Shown piece after piece: positions 17,796-26,190 of a stretch of 29,355 nucleotides of DNA. Numbering within the stretch: the first letter of the stretch is position 1; the number at the start of each line of letters is the position of its first letter. The notes beneath the pieces are model-generated. The model had not been told where the DNA came from, ran no database searches, and saw nothing but the letters and a program-made list of their open reading frames with translations. The DNA lies in UHGV virus genome UHGV-0194501; one strand, given 5' to 3'. The position numbers and the translations under genes are program-made. This stretch comes from a virus.

Positions 17796-20700
17796 ATGGC
17801 AGTTAGTATCGGACCGAAGATCGGCATCGACGGCGAAGCCGAGTACCGAAAGCAGATATACCAGATCATCCAACAGGCAAAAACTCTCAAAAGTGAGATG
17901 GACGCTGTCGCGTCATCTTTTACTAAAGAGACATCTGCGGAGGAAAAAAATCGCGCCACAAAAGCGGTGCTGACAAGACAAATCGAAGCGCAGGAGCAAA
18001 AGACGAAGCTTCTTGCGCGTATGGTCGAAGAATCCGCAAAAGCGACGGGTGAAAATAGCACTGAGACCCTCAAATGGAAAGACCAGCTCAACAAAGCAAC
18101 GGCAGAACTTGGTAAAATGAACCGCCAAATGGAAGATTTGGACGGCAGCTTGGATGATACAAGCGATGGTTTCAGCAGCAACCAAAAAGCGGCAAAAAAA
18201 TTTGGCGACACGCTCGACGATACAAAAATAACCGCCGCCGATTTTGGGGATATTTTACGCGCAAATATCCTCTCGGACGCGATTGTCAGCGGATTTGAAA
18301 AATTGGCAGGATATGCCAAAGATTTTGCAACCGGTTCCATCGAAGCGGCTGCAAACGCAAACGCGCTCGCCAGCCAGATGGAGCAGACTTTCGGCGCGCT
18401 GAAAGGTGAAGCCAGTGATGCGATTGGAAGAGTAGCGAAAAATAGTGGGATTTTGGAAACGCGGCTGCAAGGCGCAGCGGCGCAAATCTATGCTTTTGCG
18501 CGGTCATCCGGCGGCGACACAACGGAAAGTTTACAACTTATGGAAACTGCGTTGCAAGCTGCGGCGGATAGCGCGGCATACTACGACAAAAGCCTGGACG
18601 ACACCGTCGAAACGCTCCAAAGCTTTTTGAAGGGAAATTATTCCAATGATGCCGCGCTTGGGCTTAGCGCAACGGAAACGACAAGAAATACTGCGGCAAC
18701 CAAACTTTTCCGCAAAGAGTACAACAAACTAACCGAAATCCAAAAGCAAAAAGTTTTGCTTTCTATGGTCACGGATGCGCAAAAGCTTTCGGGGGCGATG
18801 GGGCAAGCTGCGCGCGAGGCGGATGGATGGGAAAACGTACAGGGCAACTTAAACGAATCTGTCAAACAATTCCAGGCACAGGTTGGGAAACCGGTGCTAA
18901 AAAATCTGATCCCTATCGTGCAGGAAATAACCAGAAAATTTTCTGCGTGGCAAAAATCTGTTGATTGGTCAAAGTTTGGTAGACAGGTTTCATCTGCTTT
19001 CGATTTTCTTCTTGAAAATGGGGAAAAAATAGCAAAAACGGTCGGGGTGGTTGGCGGATCATTTCTGGCGATTTCCGGGGGGATCAAGACTTTCAACGGG
19101 TTGGCAACGGCTGGGAAAACGCTGGTCGCTGTACTCGGCGCCGGTGGCGGCGCGGTAGGGATCGCAGGCGCGGCGGTTGCTGCTGCGGCGGGGATCGGCA
19201 TTTTGCTGTCGCGCGTCTTTGATGCGCGGTATCAAACGGCAGAACTCAACAAAATCGAAAAAGATAATATTTCCACATTAAGTCAATTAAGAGATTCGTA
19301 TCAGTCTGTATCTGATAGCGCAGCGGAAAAAGCAAAGGGCGAACTCGCAGAGGTAGCACATTTGCAAAACCTGGCAAAAGAATTGGATCTTTTGGTGGAT
19401 GCAAATGGAAAAGTCAACGAAGCGAACCGCACACGCGCGACTTTTATACTCGGCGAACTCAGCGAAGCACTTGGGAAGGAATACCAGCTTACCGGGGATC
19501 AGATAAAAGGATACGACGATCTGAAAAAAAGCGTCAGCGACTATGTCGAGACACGAAAAGCGGAGATACTGCTGGCGGAAGCGGAAGCAAAATACACCGA
19601 AGCAAAAACCCAAAAAGCGGATGTTGAGAAAGGGATTTACAAGCAGCGGCAAATCATGATCCAGCGCGAGATCGAGCTGAAAGAAGCTAACCGTGCCGTA
19701 ATGAAACGAATAGAAAAATATGGCAGCCGAGCGTACGATTTTGAGCTTCGAAATCTCGAAAGGATAGCCGGGCAGAAGAAACTTCTTTACCAGGAATCGG
19801 TAAATGCGTACGCTGAGTTTTCAAAGCAGTATGACCAGATCAATCAGGACATCCAGTCATATGAGACGGCATCCGCGGAGCTGATGCAGGGACACGCTGA
19901 AAAAACGATCGAAATTCTTGATAAGCAAAACCGCGCTTTCAAGACGGCGCAGGATGTGGCGCTGGCGGACGCGGAAGAGAAAAAGCGAATCCTTGGTGAG
20001 CAGTACGAGTATGCGGAGGGTATTCTCGAGGAGTACCAGAAAAGGTATGTGGCAGGAATCGAGGGATACACCGCCGAAGGACTGGCCATTTTGGAACAAA
20101 ATGCCAAAGATGCAGCAGAGGAAGCGCGAAAAGTCGGCGTTGAAATCGCGACCGGCACCGAAGCCGGTGCAAAGTCCCAGCTGCCGTCCTTGGAGGAAGC
20201 GCTGAAATCCGGGCTTTTTGATGTGACTTCTGGATTGACATTTGATGTAAATGATGATGCGCAAGAGATCGGAAAAACCCTCACGTCCGGCGTGAGCGCC
20301 GGAGCGCAGGCCACGCTTGCGGGGATGGATGAGACACTGAAAAGAAACTTTTCCGGTGTAACGTCTGGCATTTTGGGAAATGTTGGAGTAGACGGACAGC
20401 AGATCGGAAAAGCGCTCACCAGCGGCACGGAATCTGGTGCAAAATCCCAAATCCCGACTTTGGAAGCGGCACTGAAATCCAGCTTTGGAGAGGTGACGTC
20501 CGGGCTGTCTTGGGATGCAAGCAAAGACGCGCAGGATATCGGCAAAAATATCGCGGACGGCACCGAAAAGGGATTCAATTCCAAAAAGTGGACGTTGAAA
20601 GCGCGGATCACAAGCTACTTCCAAGACATGGTGAAAGGCGTCAAAAAAGCGCTGGGCATCGCGTCCCCGTCCAAAGTATTTGCAGAAATTGGTAAATTTA

Positions 20701-20954
20701 CGGCGGAGGGCTACACCATCGGACTGGAAAAGACGATGGCGAAAGATATGCGGTCGATCCAGTCCGCTTTTGAGCTGAGCGCCGACGTGGCCGCGGCCGC
20801 TGCGGCACCGCAGCCGGTCACATACGCGACGACGGAATACGGCGGATTTACAATAAATGTAAACGCCGCACCAGGACAGAGCGAGGAAGCAATCGCGGAT
20901 GCGGTATCCGCACGCATCCAGCAGCAGATCAATCGACGGGAGGCGGTATGGTAA
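17796..20954 (+). CDS. Tape measure protein
   Basis: 1052 aa, helical, with hydrophobic Gly/Ala segments and LGIASPSKVF motif. Confidence 0.92.
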   Translation: MAVSIGPKIGIDGEAEYRKQIYQIIQQAKTLKSEMDAVASSFTKETSAEEKNRATKAVLTRQIEAQEQKTKLLARMVEESAKATGENSTETLKWKDQLNKATAELGKMNRQMEDLDGSLDDTSDGFSSNQKAAKKFGDTLDDTKITAADFGDILRANILSDAIVSGFEKLAGYAKDFATGSIEAAANANALASQMEQTFGALKGEASDAIGRVAKNSGILETRLQGAAAQIYAFARSSGGDTTESLQLMETALQAAADSAAYYDKSLDDTVETLQSFLKGNYSNDAALGLSATETTRNTAATKLFRKEYNKLTEIQKQKVLLSMVTDAQKLSGAMGQAAREADGWENVQGNLNESVKQFQAQVGKPVLKNLIPIVQEITRKFSAWQKSVDWSKFGRQVSSAFDFLLENGEKIAKTVGVVGGSFLAISGGIKTFNGLATAGKTLVAVLGAGGGAVGIAGAAVAAAAGIGILLSRVFDARYQTAELNKIEKDNISTLSQLRDSYQSVSDSAAEKAKGELAEVAHLQNLAKELDLLVDANGKVNEANRTRATFILGELSEALGKEYQLTGDQIKGYDDLKKSVSDYVETRKAEILLAEAEAKYTEAKTQKADVEKGIYKQRQIMIQREIELKEANRAVMKRIEKYGSRAYDFELRNLERIAGQKKLLYQESVNAYAEFSKQYDQINQDIQSYETASAELMQGHAEKTIEILDKQNRAFKTAQDVALADAEEKKRILGEQYEYAEGILEEYQKRYVAGIEGYTAEGLAILEQNAKDAAEEARKVGVEIATGTEAGAKSQLPSLEEALKSGLFDVTSGLTFDVNDDAQEIGKTLTSGVSAGAQATLAGMDETLKRNFSGVTSGILGNVGVDGQQIGKALTSGTESGAKSQIPTLEAALKSSFGEVTSGLSWDASKDAQDIGKNIADGTEKGFNSKKWTLKARITSYFQDMVKGVKKALGIASPSKVFAEIGKFTAEGYTIGLEKTMAKDMRSIQSAFELSADVAAAAAAPQPVTYATTEYGGFTINVNAAPGQSEEAIADAVSARIQQQINRREAVW

Positions 20955-21734
20955 ATGGGATATTTTGAGTATAACGGGAAAAAGTCCTCAGATTTCGGGA
21001 TCGAGATCGAGCGGTATCCGTACATCCCCAGCGGCGCACGGCTTTACGAAGCCGTGCAGGTGCCGGGACGATCCGGCACGCTGACGCTGGACACGGGTGC
21101 ATTTTCCAATTACACCCAACCATACGAAGTTTACTACAATACCCAAAAACTGACACCAAAGATGAACGCCGGGTACTGGGCGCAGCGCATCCGCGGGTGG
21201 CTGGCTCTGGACGCGGGATATCACCGGCTGATCGACAGCTACGACGCGCAGACCTTTCGCTTTGCGCGGTACGCCGGCGGGGACGAGATCGAAAATATCC
21301 GCAATCGATACGGACGATTTACGGTAAATTTTGACTGCGCGCCGCATCGGTACTTTGTATCGTCGTACGACGAGCCGGAGGAAATCACAGCGACCGCTGC
21401 CCTGATGAATCCATATTTTCCCGCCCGCCCCCTGCTGCGCATCAAGCTTTCGAGTGGCCAGACGTCCGGGACGATCACGATCGGCGGATACACGATCGAG
21501 ATCACCGGCGCGCAGACTGCGGCCGGACGCGAGCTGGTCATCGACTGCGAGACCGGCGTGGCGTACTACTCCGACACGCCGACGATCAGCCGGCTTTCGC
21601 TGCTGAAGGTGACGAACACCGTCACGGGATTCAATGAATTCCCAATTCTTCCCCACATTGACGAGCCGGGCACCATCGCCGTGGACAGCGGCGGCTTTTC
21701 CATCGACTTTTACAGCCGACTTTGGACGCTATAA
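20955..21734 (+). CDS. Distal tail protein (Dit)
   Basis: YFEYNGKKSSDFGI...VPGRSG; directly follows the tape measure gene. Confidence 0.8.
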   Translation: MGYFEYNGKKSSDFGIEIERYPYIPSGARLYEAVQVPGRSGTLTLDTGAFSNYTQPYEVYYNTQKLTPKMNAGYWAQRIRGWLALDAGYHRLIDSYDAQTFRFARYAGGDEIENIRNRYGRFTVNFDCAPHRYFVSSYDEPEEITATAALMNPYFPARPLLRIKLSSGQTSGTITIGGYTIEITGAQTAAGRELVIDCETGVAYYSDTPTISRLSLLKVTNTVTGFNEFPILPHIDEPGTIAVDSGGFSIDFYSRLWTL

Positions 21735-21747
21735 GGAGGACGCAAAA

Positions 21748-24054
21748 ATGATTTTTCTTTACGAACAGAACGAAAAAAATTTCACGAGTGCGGGGCTTTG
21801 CACGCTGCCGGATGCGACGTCTTGCGTGGTGACAGAGGAAAGAAATGGCGCCTACGAACTGGAAATGCAATATCCAATAAATGGTATTGCATATTCTTCC
21901 ATCACCGCGCGCCGGATCATCTTTTGCCGCCCAAATCCATACGAGCGCGAACAGCCTTTCAGAATCTACAAAATTTCTAAGCCAATAAACGGAATTGTGA
22001 CCGTTTACGCCCAGCACATTTCGTACGATCTCAAAGGTATCCCGCTTTCGCCCTTTACGGCGGAAAATATCCTCACAGCGCTGCAAGGCTTCACCACGTA
22101 CGCGGTCGGCGACCAGCCGTTTACTTTCACTACGGACAAAACAACGACGGCAAATTTTGCCGTCACTGTCCCATCGTCCGCCCGGTCGATGCTCGGCGGG
22201 ACGGATGGATCCCTGCTGGATGTGTACGGCGGGGAGTACGTCTTTGACCGGTACATCGTCGCGCTGAAAGCCGCGCGCGGAGAAAATCACAGCGTCGAAA
22301 TCCGGTACGGGAAAAATCTGACAGACGTCACGCAAGAGGAAAACATTTCCAAAGTCGCGACCGGCGTCTATCCGTACTGGAAGAGCATGACCGACGACAC
22401 GCTGGTGATGCTGCCGGAAAAGACGCTGGCCGCACCCGGCACATACACTTTTTCCCACGTCGTGCCGCTCGATCTTTCGACAGAGTGGGACGAAGCGCCG
22501 ACCGAAGCGCAGCTGCGCGCCAGAGCGCAGAAATATATGGAAGATAATGCCATTGGCGTGCCGGAAGTTTCGCTTTCCGTATCTTTTCAGCCGCTGGCGG
22601 ACACGGTCGAGTACAAAGACCTCGCGCCGCTGGAAGAGGTACGACTGTGCGACACGGTGACGGTGCTTTATCCGGAGCTGGGCGTATCGGCGACGGCAAA
22701 AGTGATCCGCTGTGTATACAACGTACTGCTGGGACGATATGACAAAATCGACATCGGCGACGCGCGTACGACGTTGGCGGACACGATCGCCGGGCAGGGT
22801 GATGCGATTTCCAATCTTCCCCTTGACGACGTCGCGAAGCAAGCGACGGAGAGCAGTACAAACATCTCCCAAGAACTGCAAAAACTGCTTGCAAATGGCA
22901 TGGGACTTTATACATCGACCGTGGACGCGGAAAATGGTGGCAAAATCTTCTATATGCACGACAAACCGACGCTGGCACAGTCTACCAATATATGGCGTAT
23001 CCAAGGCGGCGTTTTCGCGGCCAGCTCGGACGGCGGGAACACCTGGACGGCAGGATTTACCACAAGCGGAAATTCTGTGGCGAAAGTCATCCAAACGGAA
23101 AAAATTGTATCACCGGTCGATGATGATGTGTATATCGACATGGTAAATGGTGACATTTCCGCAAAAACTTTGCGAAACTCCGACACGGAAAGCTACGTGC
23201 AGATCGGGTCGGATGGTACGACGTCGCAAGGGCTTTTCTTGTATCGGGATGATGTTTTCCGCGCGATGCTGTCTACGCAGCCGTATGCACCGTCAAAAAA
23301 TGGTATGAGATCATGGCTCTTGACTACGGCAGACCTGTGGCTGCAAGGCGCACCAAGCCAGGACGGAAAGCCGTGCCGGTTGATCTTCGCACGCGACATG
23401 GACGATAATGCGTCGGCATTTTTTGAGATTGATGGGAAAAGGTCTATAACGATGACTCCCAGCCGTATCAGGTTTTCCCTAAGCGGCGCCGAAGCGGCAT
23501 CCATCGACAGCGACGGATATCATGGATGGGTGAACGCAAATAGAACAAGATATGGGAATAGTGCAGTTATTGGGAAAAACGAATATGGCGATACTGTTCA
23601 TATTAGGGAAAATAGTGGAGACTATACATCATGGAAAAATTATGCAGGGGCAGAAATCGCAAAGATGGACATGGAATCCGGAGATTTTACCATAGCCGGA
23701 AAACTATATGCCGAAGGGAAACCGTTCTATGGGACAGGCGATGGGGCATATGGGGATTTTAGACTGGGACATTATGGTATATCTTGGGGTTGGGCAAAAG
23801 TAAATGTAAGTATTACTAAAAAATGGGGAAACATTTATTATGGAGAAATCAACGAAGAATGGTATCACCAGTTAAATTATGCCAATTCCCCTGCCGTCAC
23901 TTTGGGTTGGGAAAGCTTGAACGGGGAGGTAATTAGTGTAACTATAAAAAATTCTAACCAATCGGGAATTTCTGGCTTTTATGTTTTTAGCGCTGACTCG
24001 AGGGAAGCGTCTCTATGGATTCACTGGCACGCCATCGGGCAGCTGTCAGAATAA
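21748..24054 (+). CDS. Tail spike / Tal-like baseplate hub with C-terminal receptor-binding region
   Basis: VTEERNGAYELEMQYP, IRYGKNL, EVRLCDTVTV; RBS AAGGAGG; divergent AT-rich C-terminus. Confidence 0.82.
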   Translation: MIFLYEQNEKNFTSAGLCTLPDATSCVVTEERNGAYELEMQYPINGIAYSSITARRIIFCRPNPYEREQPFRIYKISKPINGIVTVYAQHISYDLKGIPLSPFTAENILTALQGFTTYAVGDQPFTFTTDKTTTANFAVTVPSSARSMLGGTDGSLLDVYGGEYVFDRYIVALKAARGENHSVEIRYGKNLTDVTQEENISKVATGVYPYWKSMTDDTLVMLPEKTLAAPGTYTFSHVVPLDLSTEWDEAPTEAQLRARAQKYMEDNAIGVPEVSLSVSFQPLADTVEYKDLAPLEEVRLCDTVTVLYPELGVSATAKVIRCVYNVLLGRYDKIDIGDARTTLADTIAGQGDAISNLPLDDVAKQATESSTNISQELQKLLANGMGLYTSTVDAENGGKIFYMHDKPTLAQSTNIWRIQGGVFAASSDGGNTWTAGFTTSGNSVAKVIQTEKIVSPVDDDVYIDMVNGDISAKTLRNSDTESYVQIGSDGTTSQGLFLYRDDVFRAMLSTQPYAPSKNGMRSWLLTTADLWLQGAPSQDGKPCRLIFARDMDDNASAFFEIDGKRSITMTPSRIRFSLSGAEAASIDSDGYHGWVNANRTRYGNSAVIGKNEYGDTVHIRENSGDYTSWKNYAGAEIAKMDMESGDFTIAGKLYAEGKPFYGTGDGAYGDFRLGHYGISWGWAKVNVSITKKWGNIYYGEINEEWYHQLNYANSPAVTLGWESLNGEVISVTIKNSNQSGISGFYVFSADSREASLWIHWHAIGQLSE

Positions 24055-24066
24055 GGAGCTGATAAA

Positions 24067-24732
24067 ATGGCAAAATTTGTAGACCGAATCAAAAACTACC
24101 CGCCAATCCTGTGCAACGCGTACACGCTCGGACTGATCACGCGTCGGTACAGCGCAGTACATACCGGCATCGACAGCTGCACCATAGCAGGACTGGACGT
24201 CTGCACGATCTGCGACGGTACCGTGAAAAAGGTGTATAAAACGGTAACACATGGGAACTGTCTCGAATACGGCTATGACGGCGTGACCGTCCGGTACTGC
24301 CATATGGCAAAGATCACCGTGAAAGTCGGCGCGCACCTGCCGAAAGGCGCGGTTGTCGGTCAGATGGGAAACACTGGTACGTTTGCACGCGGTATCCATC
24401 TGCACCTGTCGCTCCTGCTGGATGGAAAGCTTGTCAATCCGGAGCCGTATCTGAAAGGTCAAAAAAAGCTGCCAGACCCGGCAGCGAAAAATACATTTAT
24501 TGGGGGTAATCTTATGATCCGAAAAATCACAAATTCTGGGCTTAATCTCCGCAGCGCGGCCGGGGTGGGAAATCCCATCGTGTACGGCAGTATGCCGATC
24601 GGGACGATCTTGGTGTGCGGCGCGACGAAAAAAGTCAGCGGCGCGACCTGGGCACAGGTGTACGCGCTGATCGATGGAAAACAGTATGCCGGATGGTCGA
24701 ACATCGGCACCGCGTGGAGCAAGGAGGTCTAA
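24067..24732 (+). CDS. Endolysin: M23 peptidase plus SH3b-like cell-wall-binding domain
   Basis: HTGID, YCHM, GNTG...HLH; C-terminal LNLRSAAG...GW. Confidence 0.85.
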   Translation: MAKFVDRIKNYPPILCNAYTLGLITRRYSAVHTGIDSCTIAGLDVCTICDGTVKKVYKTVTHGNCLEYGYDGVTVRYCHMAKITVKVGAHLPKGAVVGQMGNTGTFARGIHLHLSLLLDGKLVNPEPYLKGQKKLPDPAAKNTFIGGNLMIRKITNSGLNLRSAAGVGNPIVYGSMPIGTILVCGATKKVSGATWAQVYALIDGKQYAGWSNIGTAWSKEV

Positions 24733-24736
24733 AATT

Positions 24737-25261
24737 ATGCTGAACTTTTTCCGTTCTTTGACAATCAACCGACTTGGCGCGGCCGAAGTCGGGCTGACAG
24801 CCGGAGCGGCTGCGCTCGGCGCATGGATGCTGGCACGCGTCGGTGCGCTGCTGCCGGTGCTGCTGGTGCTGCTCAGCGTGATGATCCTCGACTACATAAC
24901 CGGAATGGTAAAGGCAGGGATTTCCGGGAATCTCAACTCAACGCGCGGTTGGCAAGGACTTTTGAAAAAGCTCATGTATGCCGTGACCGTCGCGATCGCT
25001 ATGGTGGCCGACTATCTGCTGTATATCGGGGGCAGCCAGATCGGCATCGATATGCACGAAAGCGCATATTTTGGTACGCTTGTCTCGATTTGGCTAATCA
25101 TCAATGAATGCATTTCCATTTTGGAAAATCTTTCCGAAATCGGGGTGCCGATGCCGGGCTTCCTGGGGCGGATTTTGCAGCGTGTCCAGGACAAAGTGGA
25201 CGAAACCGGAAACGATATGGCAGAATCCGGTAATTCTGAAAGCGAGGATGATGCGACATGA
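24737..25261 (+). CDS. Holin (phage holin 4 / toxin-secretion family)
   Basis: LDYITG...GLLKK...INECISILEN...GVPMP; several TM segments. Confidence 0.88.
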   Translation: MLNFFRSLTINRLGAAEVGLTAGAAALGAWMLARVGALLPVLLVLLSVMILDYITGMVKAGISGNLNSTRGWQGLLKKLMYAVTVAIAMVADYLLYIGGSQIGIDMHESAYFGTLVSIWLIINECISILENLSEIGVPMPGFLGRILQRVQDKVDETGNDMAESGNSESEDDAT

Positions 25262-25331
25262 TGGAGCTGAGCGGCTCCCGGCGCGGGCTTTTCCAGTAAG
25301 ACACAGGCACGCTGACGGCGAAGGAAGTTAC

Positions 25332-25360
25332 TTGACAAATCTCCCTTGATGTGGTATAAT
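25332..25360 (+). promoter_or_regulatory. Consensus sigma-A promoter with no downstream ORF
   Basis: TTGACA-17-TATAAT with TGn extension. Confidence 0.8.
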
Positions 25361-25366
25361 TTCATC

Positions 25367-25470
25367 ACGTAGAAAACGCAGCGCGTTTGCGGGGCGGGAT
25401 TGGCGGCCAGCCGATCCGGCCCTATTTTTGCGTAAAGAAAAAGAGACGCTCGCCACGTCTCTTTTTTTTT
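25367..25470 (+). ncRNA. Putative structured sRNA (~100 nt)
   Basis: Promoter upstream; closing stem ACGTAGAAA/TTTTTGCGT encloses two hairpins; terminator downstream; no RBS or ORF. Confidence 0.55.
25438..25470. terminator. Bidirectional intrinsic terminator
   Basis: AAAAA-GAGACG-ctcgcca-CGTCTC-T9. Confidence 0.85.
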
Positions 25471-25499
25471 GGATTGGACGATACGCTTTTGACTTTTTA

Positions 25500-25527
25500 C
25501 AGTCACCCCCGCACACGCGGGGATTGG
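25500..25527 (-). CRISPR. Solitary type I-E-like CRISPR repeat (not an array)
   Basis: CCAATCCCCGCGTGTGCGGGGGTGACTG resembles the Firmicutes I-E repeat pattern GTNTTCCCCGCNNNNGCGGGGGTGATCC. The CCCCGC-tetraloop-GCGGGG stem is intact and followed by GTGA. Confidence 0.68.
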
Positions 25528-25548
25528 GTATCGCCCGATCACGTATAT

Positions 25549-25577
25549 AGTATATCATGGATGCGGGCGGATGTCAA
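25549..25577 (-). promoter_or_regulatory. Sigma-A promoter driving the repeat-containing RNA
   Basis: TTGACA (25577-25572)-17 bp-TATACT (25554-25549) with TGn extension. Confidence 0.8.
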
Positions 25578-25592
25578 GATGGCAGCAAAAAT

Positions 25593-26087
25593 TTATCTGC
25601 ATTTTTCGATGAGCCACTTTGCGCTTTTTTCCGTGCGGATTTTCAGGCGGCGTTCCCATCTGCCAATCGGCATCCACTTCGCACGCGCGCCGTCGATCTC
25701 TTCGATCATCTCTTCAACGGACGCATCCGCAGCGGCTTCACCTTTGCGGCGGATCATGATCTTGCGCATCTCGTCGATGATATCATCCGCCGTGGCGTCC
25801 GCGTACGGCGCATCATACATGATCGCGCGGCAGCGAATTTTTTCTGCCCATGCGATTTGTTTTACGGTGCCCTCCAAAGCCGGAAGCCCCAGCCGGACGG
25901 CCTGCGCGCGGATCATGCGCTCTTCGGATTCTTTGCACTCTTTTTCATAGCACTCCGGGCACATGGTGATATGCTCGGCAGCCCATTTTTCATAGGAATC
26001 CGCTTCATATCTTTTCCCGCACGCCTTCCGATGCTCGAACTCGCACCCGCATTTTTCGCAAACTCTTTTGATAATCGCAACCGCCAT
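25593..26087 (-). CDS. Zn-binding accessory protein (164 aa), anti-defence candidate
   Basis: CEKCG, CPEC, LPALEGTVKQIAWAEKIR; RBS AAAGGA; own operator-containing promoter. Confidence 0.75.
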   Translation of the reverse strand: MAVAIIKRVCEKCGCEFEHRKACGKRYEADSYEKWAAEHITMCPECYEKECKESEERMIRAQAVRLGLPALEGTVKQIAWAEKIRCRAIMYDAPYADATADDIIDEMRKIMIRRKGEAAADASVEEMIEEIDGARAKWMPIGRWERRLKIRTEKSAKWLIEKCR

Positions 26088-26125
26088 TTTGAAACATCCT
26101 TTCGATCTTTTTGATTTCTCTTTGA

Positions 26126-26164
26126 CTGTGATTATATTATAGCACATAATATGTGCCATGTCAA
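26126..26164 (-). promoter_or_regulatory. Consensus promoter with palindromic operator (copy B)
   Basis: TTGACA-17-TATAAT; the spacer contains GCACATA-N-TATGTGC. Confidence 0.88.
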
Positions 26165-26190
26165 GAGGTTTTTCAAAAAAATCGGATTTT

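Larger units (their letters stand above)
25435..25542 (-). ncRNA. Putative crRNA-like RNA (Racr / crlRNA candidate)
   Basis: Own promoter, one type I-E-like repeat, 33-nt spacer-like segment, terminator hairpin. Confidence 0.6.

Noticed and set aside
1963..23094. Long minus-strand ORFs (e.g. 1963-3123, 11041-12291, 13140-14270, 16208-17149, 21631-23094)
   Set aside because: Antisense shadows of GC-rich real genes, with no RBS or recognisable motifs.
21748..24054. Diversity-generating retroelement or shufflon acting on the tail gene
   Set aside because: No reverse transcriptase, template/variable repeat pair or invertase is visible.
25385..25405. Type I-C-like repeat in the + strand sRNA (GCGGGGCGGGATTG)
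   Set aside because: Lacks the GTCGC 5' end, the matching stem and the GAAAT/C 3' end; the similarity is too weak.
25471..25527. True CRISPR mini-array (GGATTGG recurs at 25471 and 25521)
   Set aside because: Only 7 bp recur, at 50-bp spacing and without a second repeat hairpin. Treated as a solitary repeat.
25012..25950. ORFs covering the holin-to-accessory intergenic region (25012-25542, 25328-25558, 25387-25950)
   Set aside because: No RBS, and they run through promoters and a bidirectional terminator; the region is better explained as non-coding RNA.
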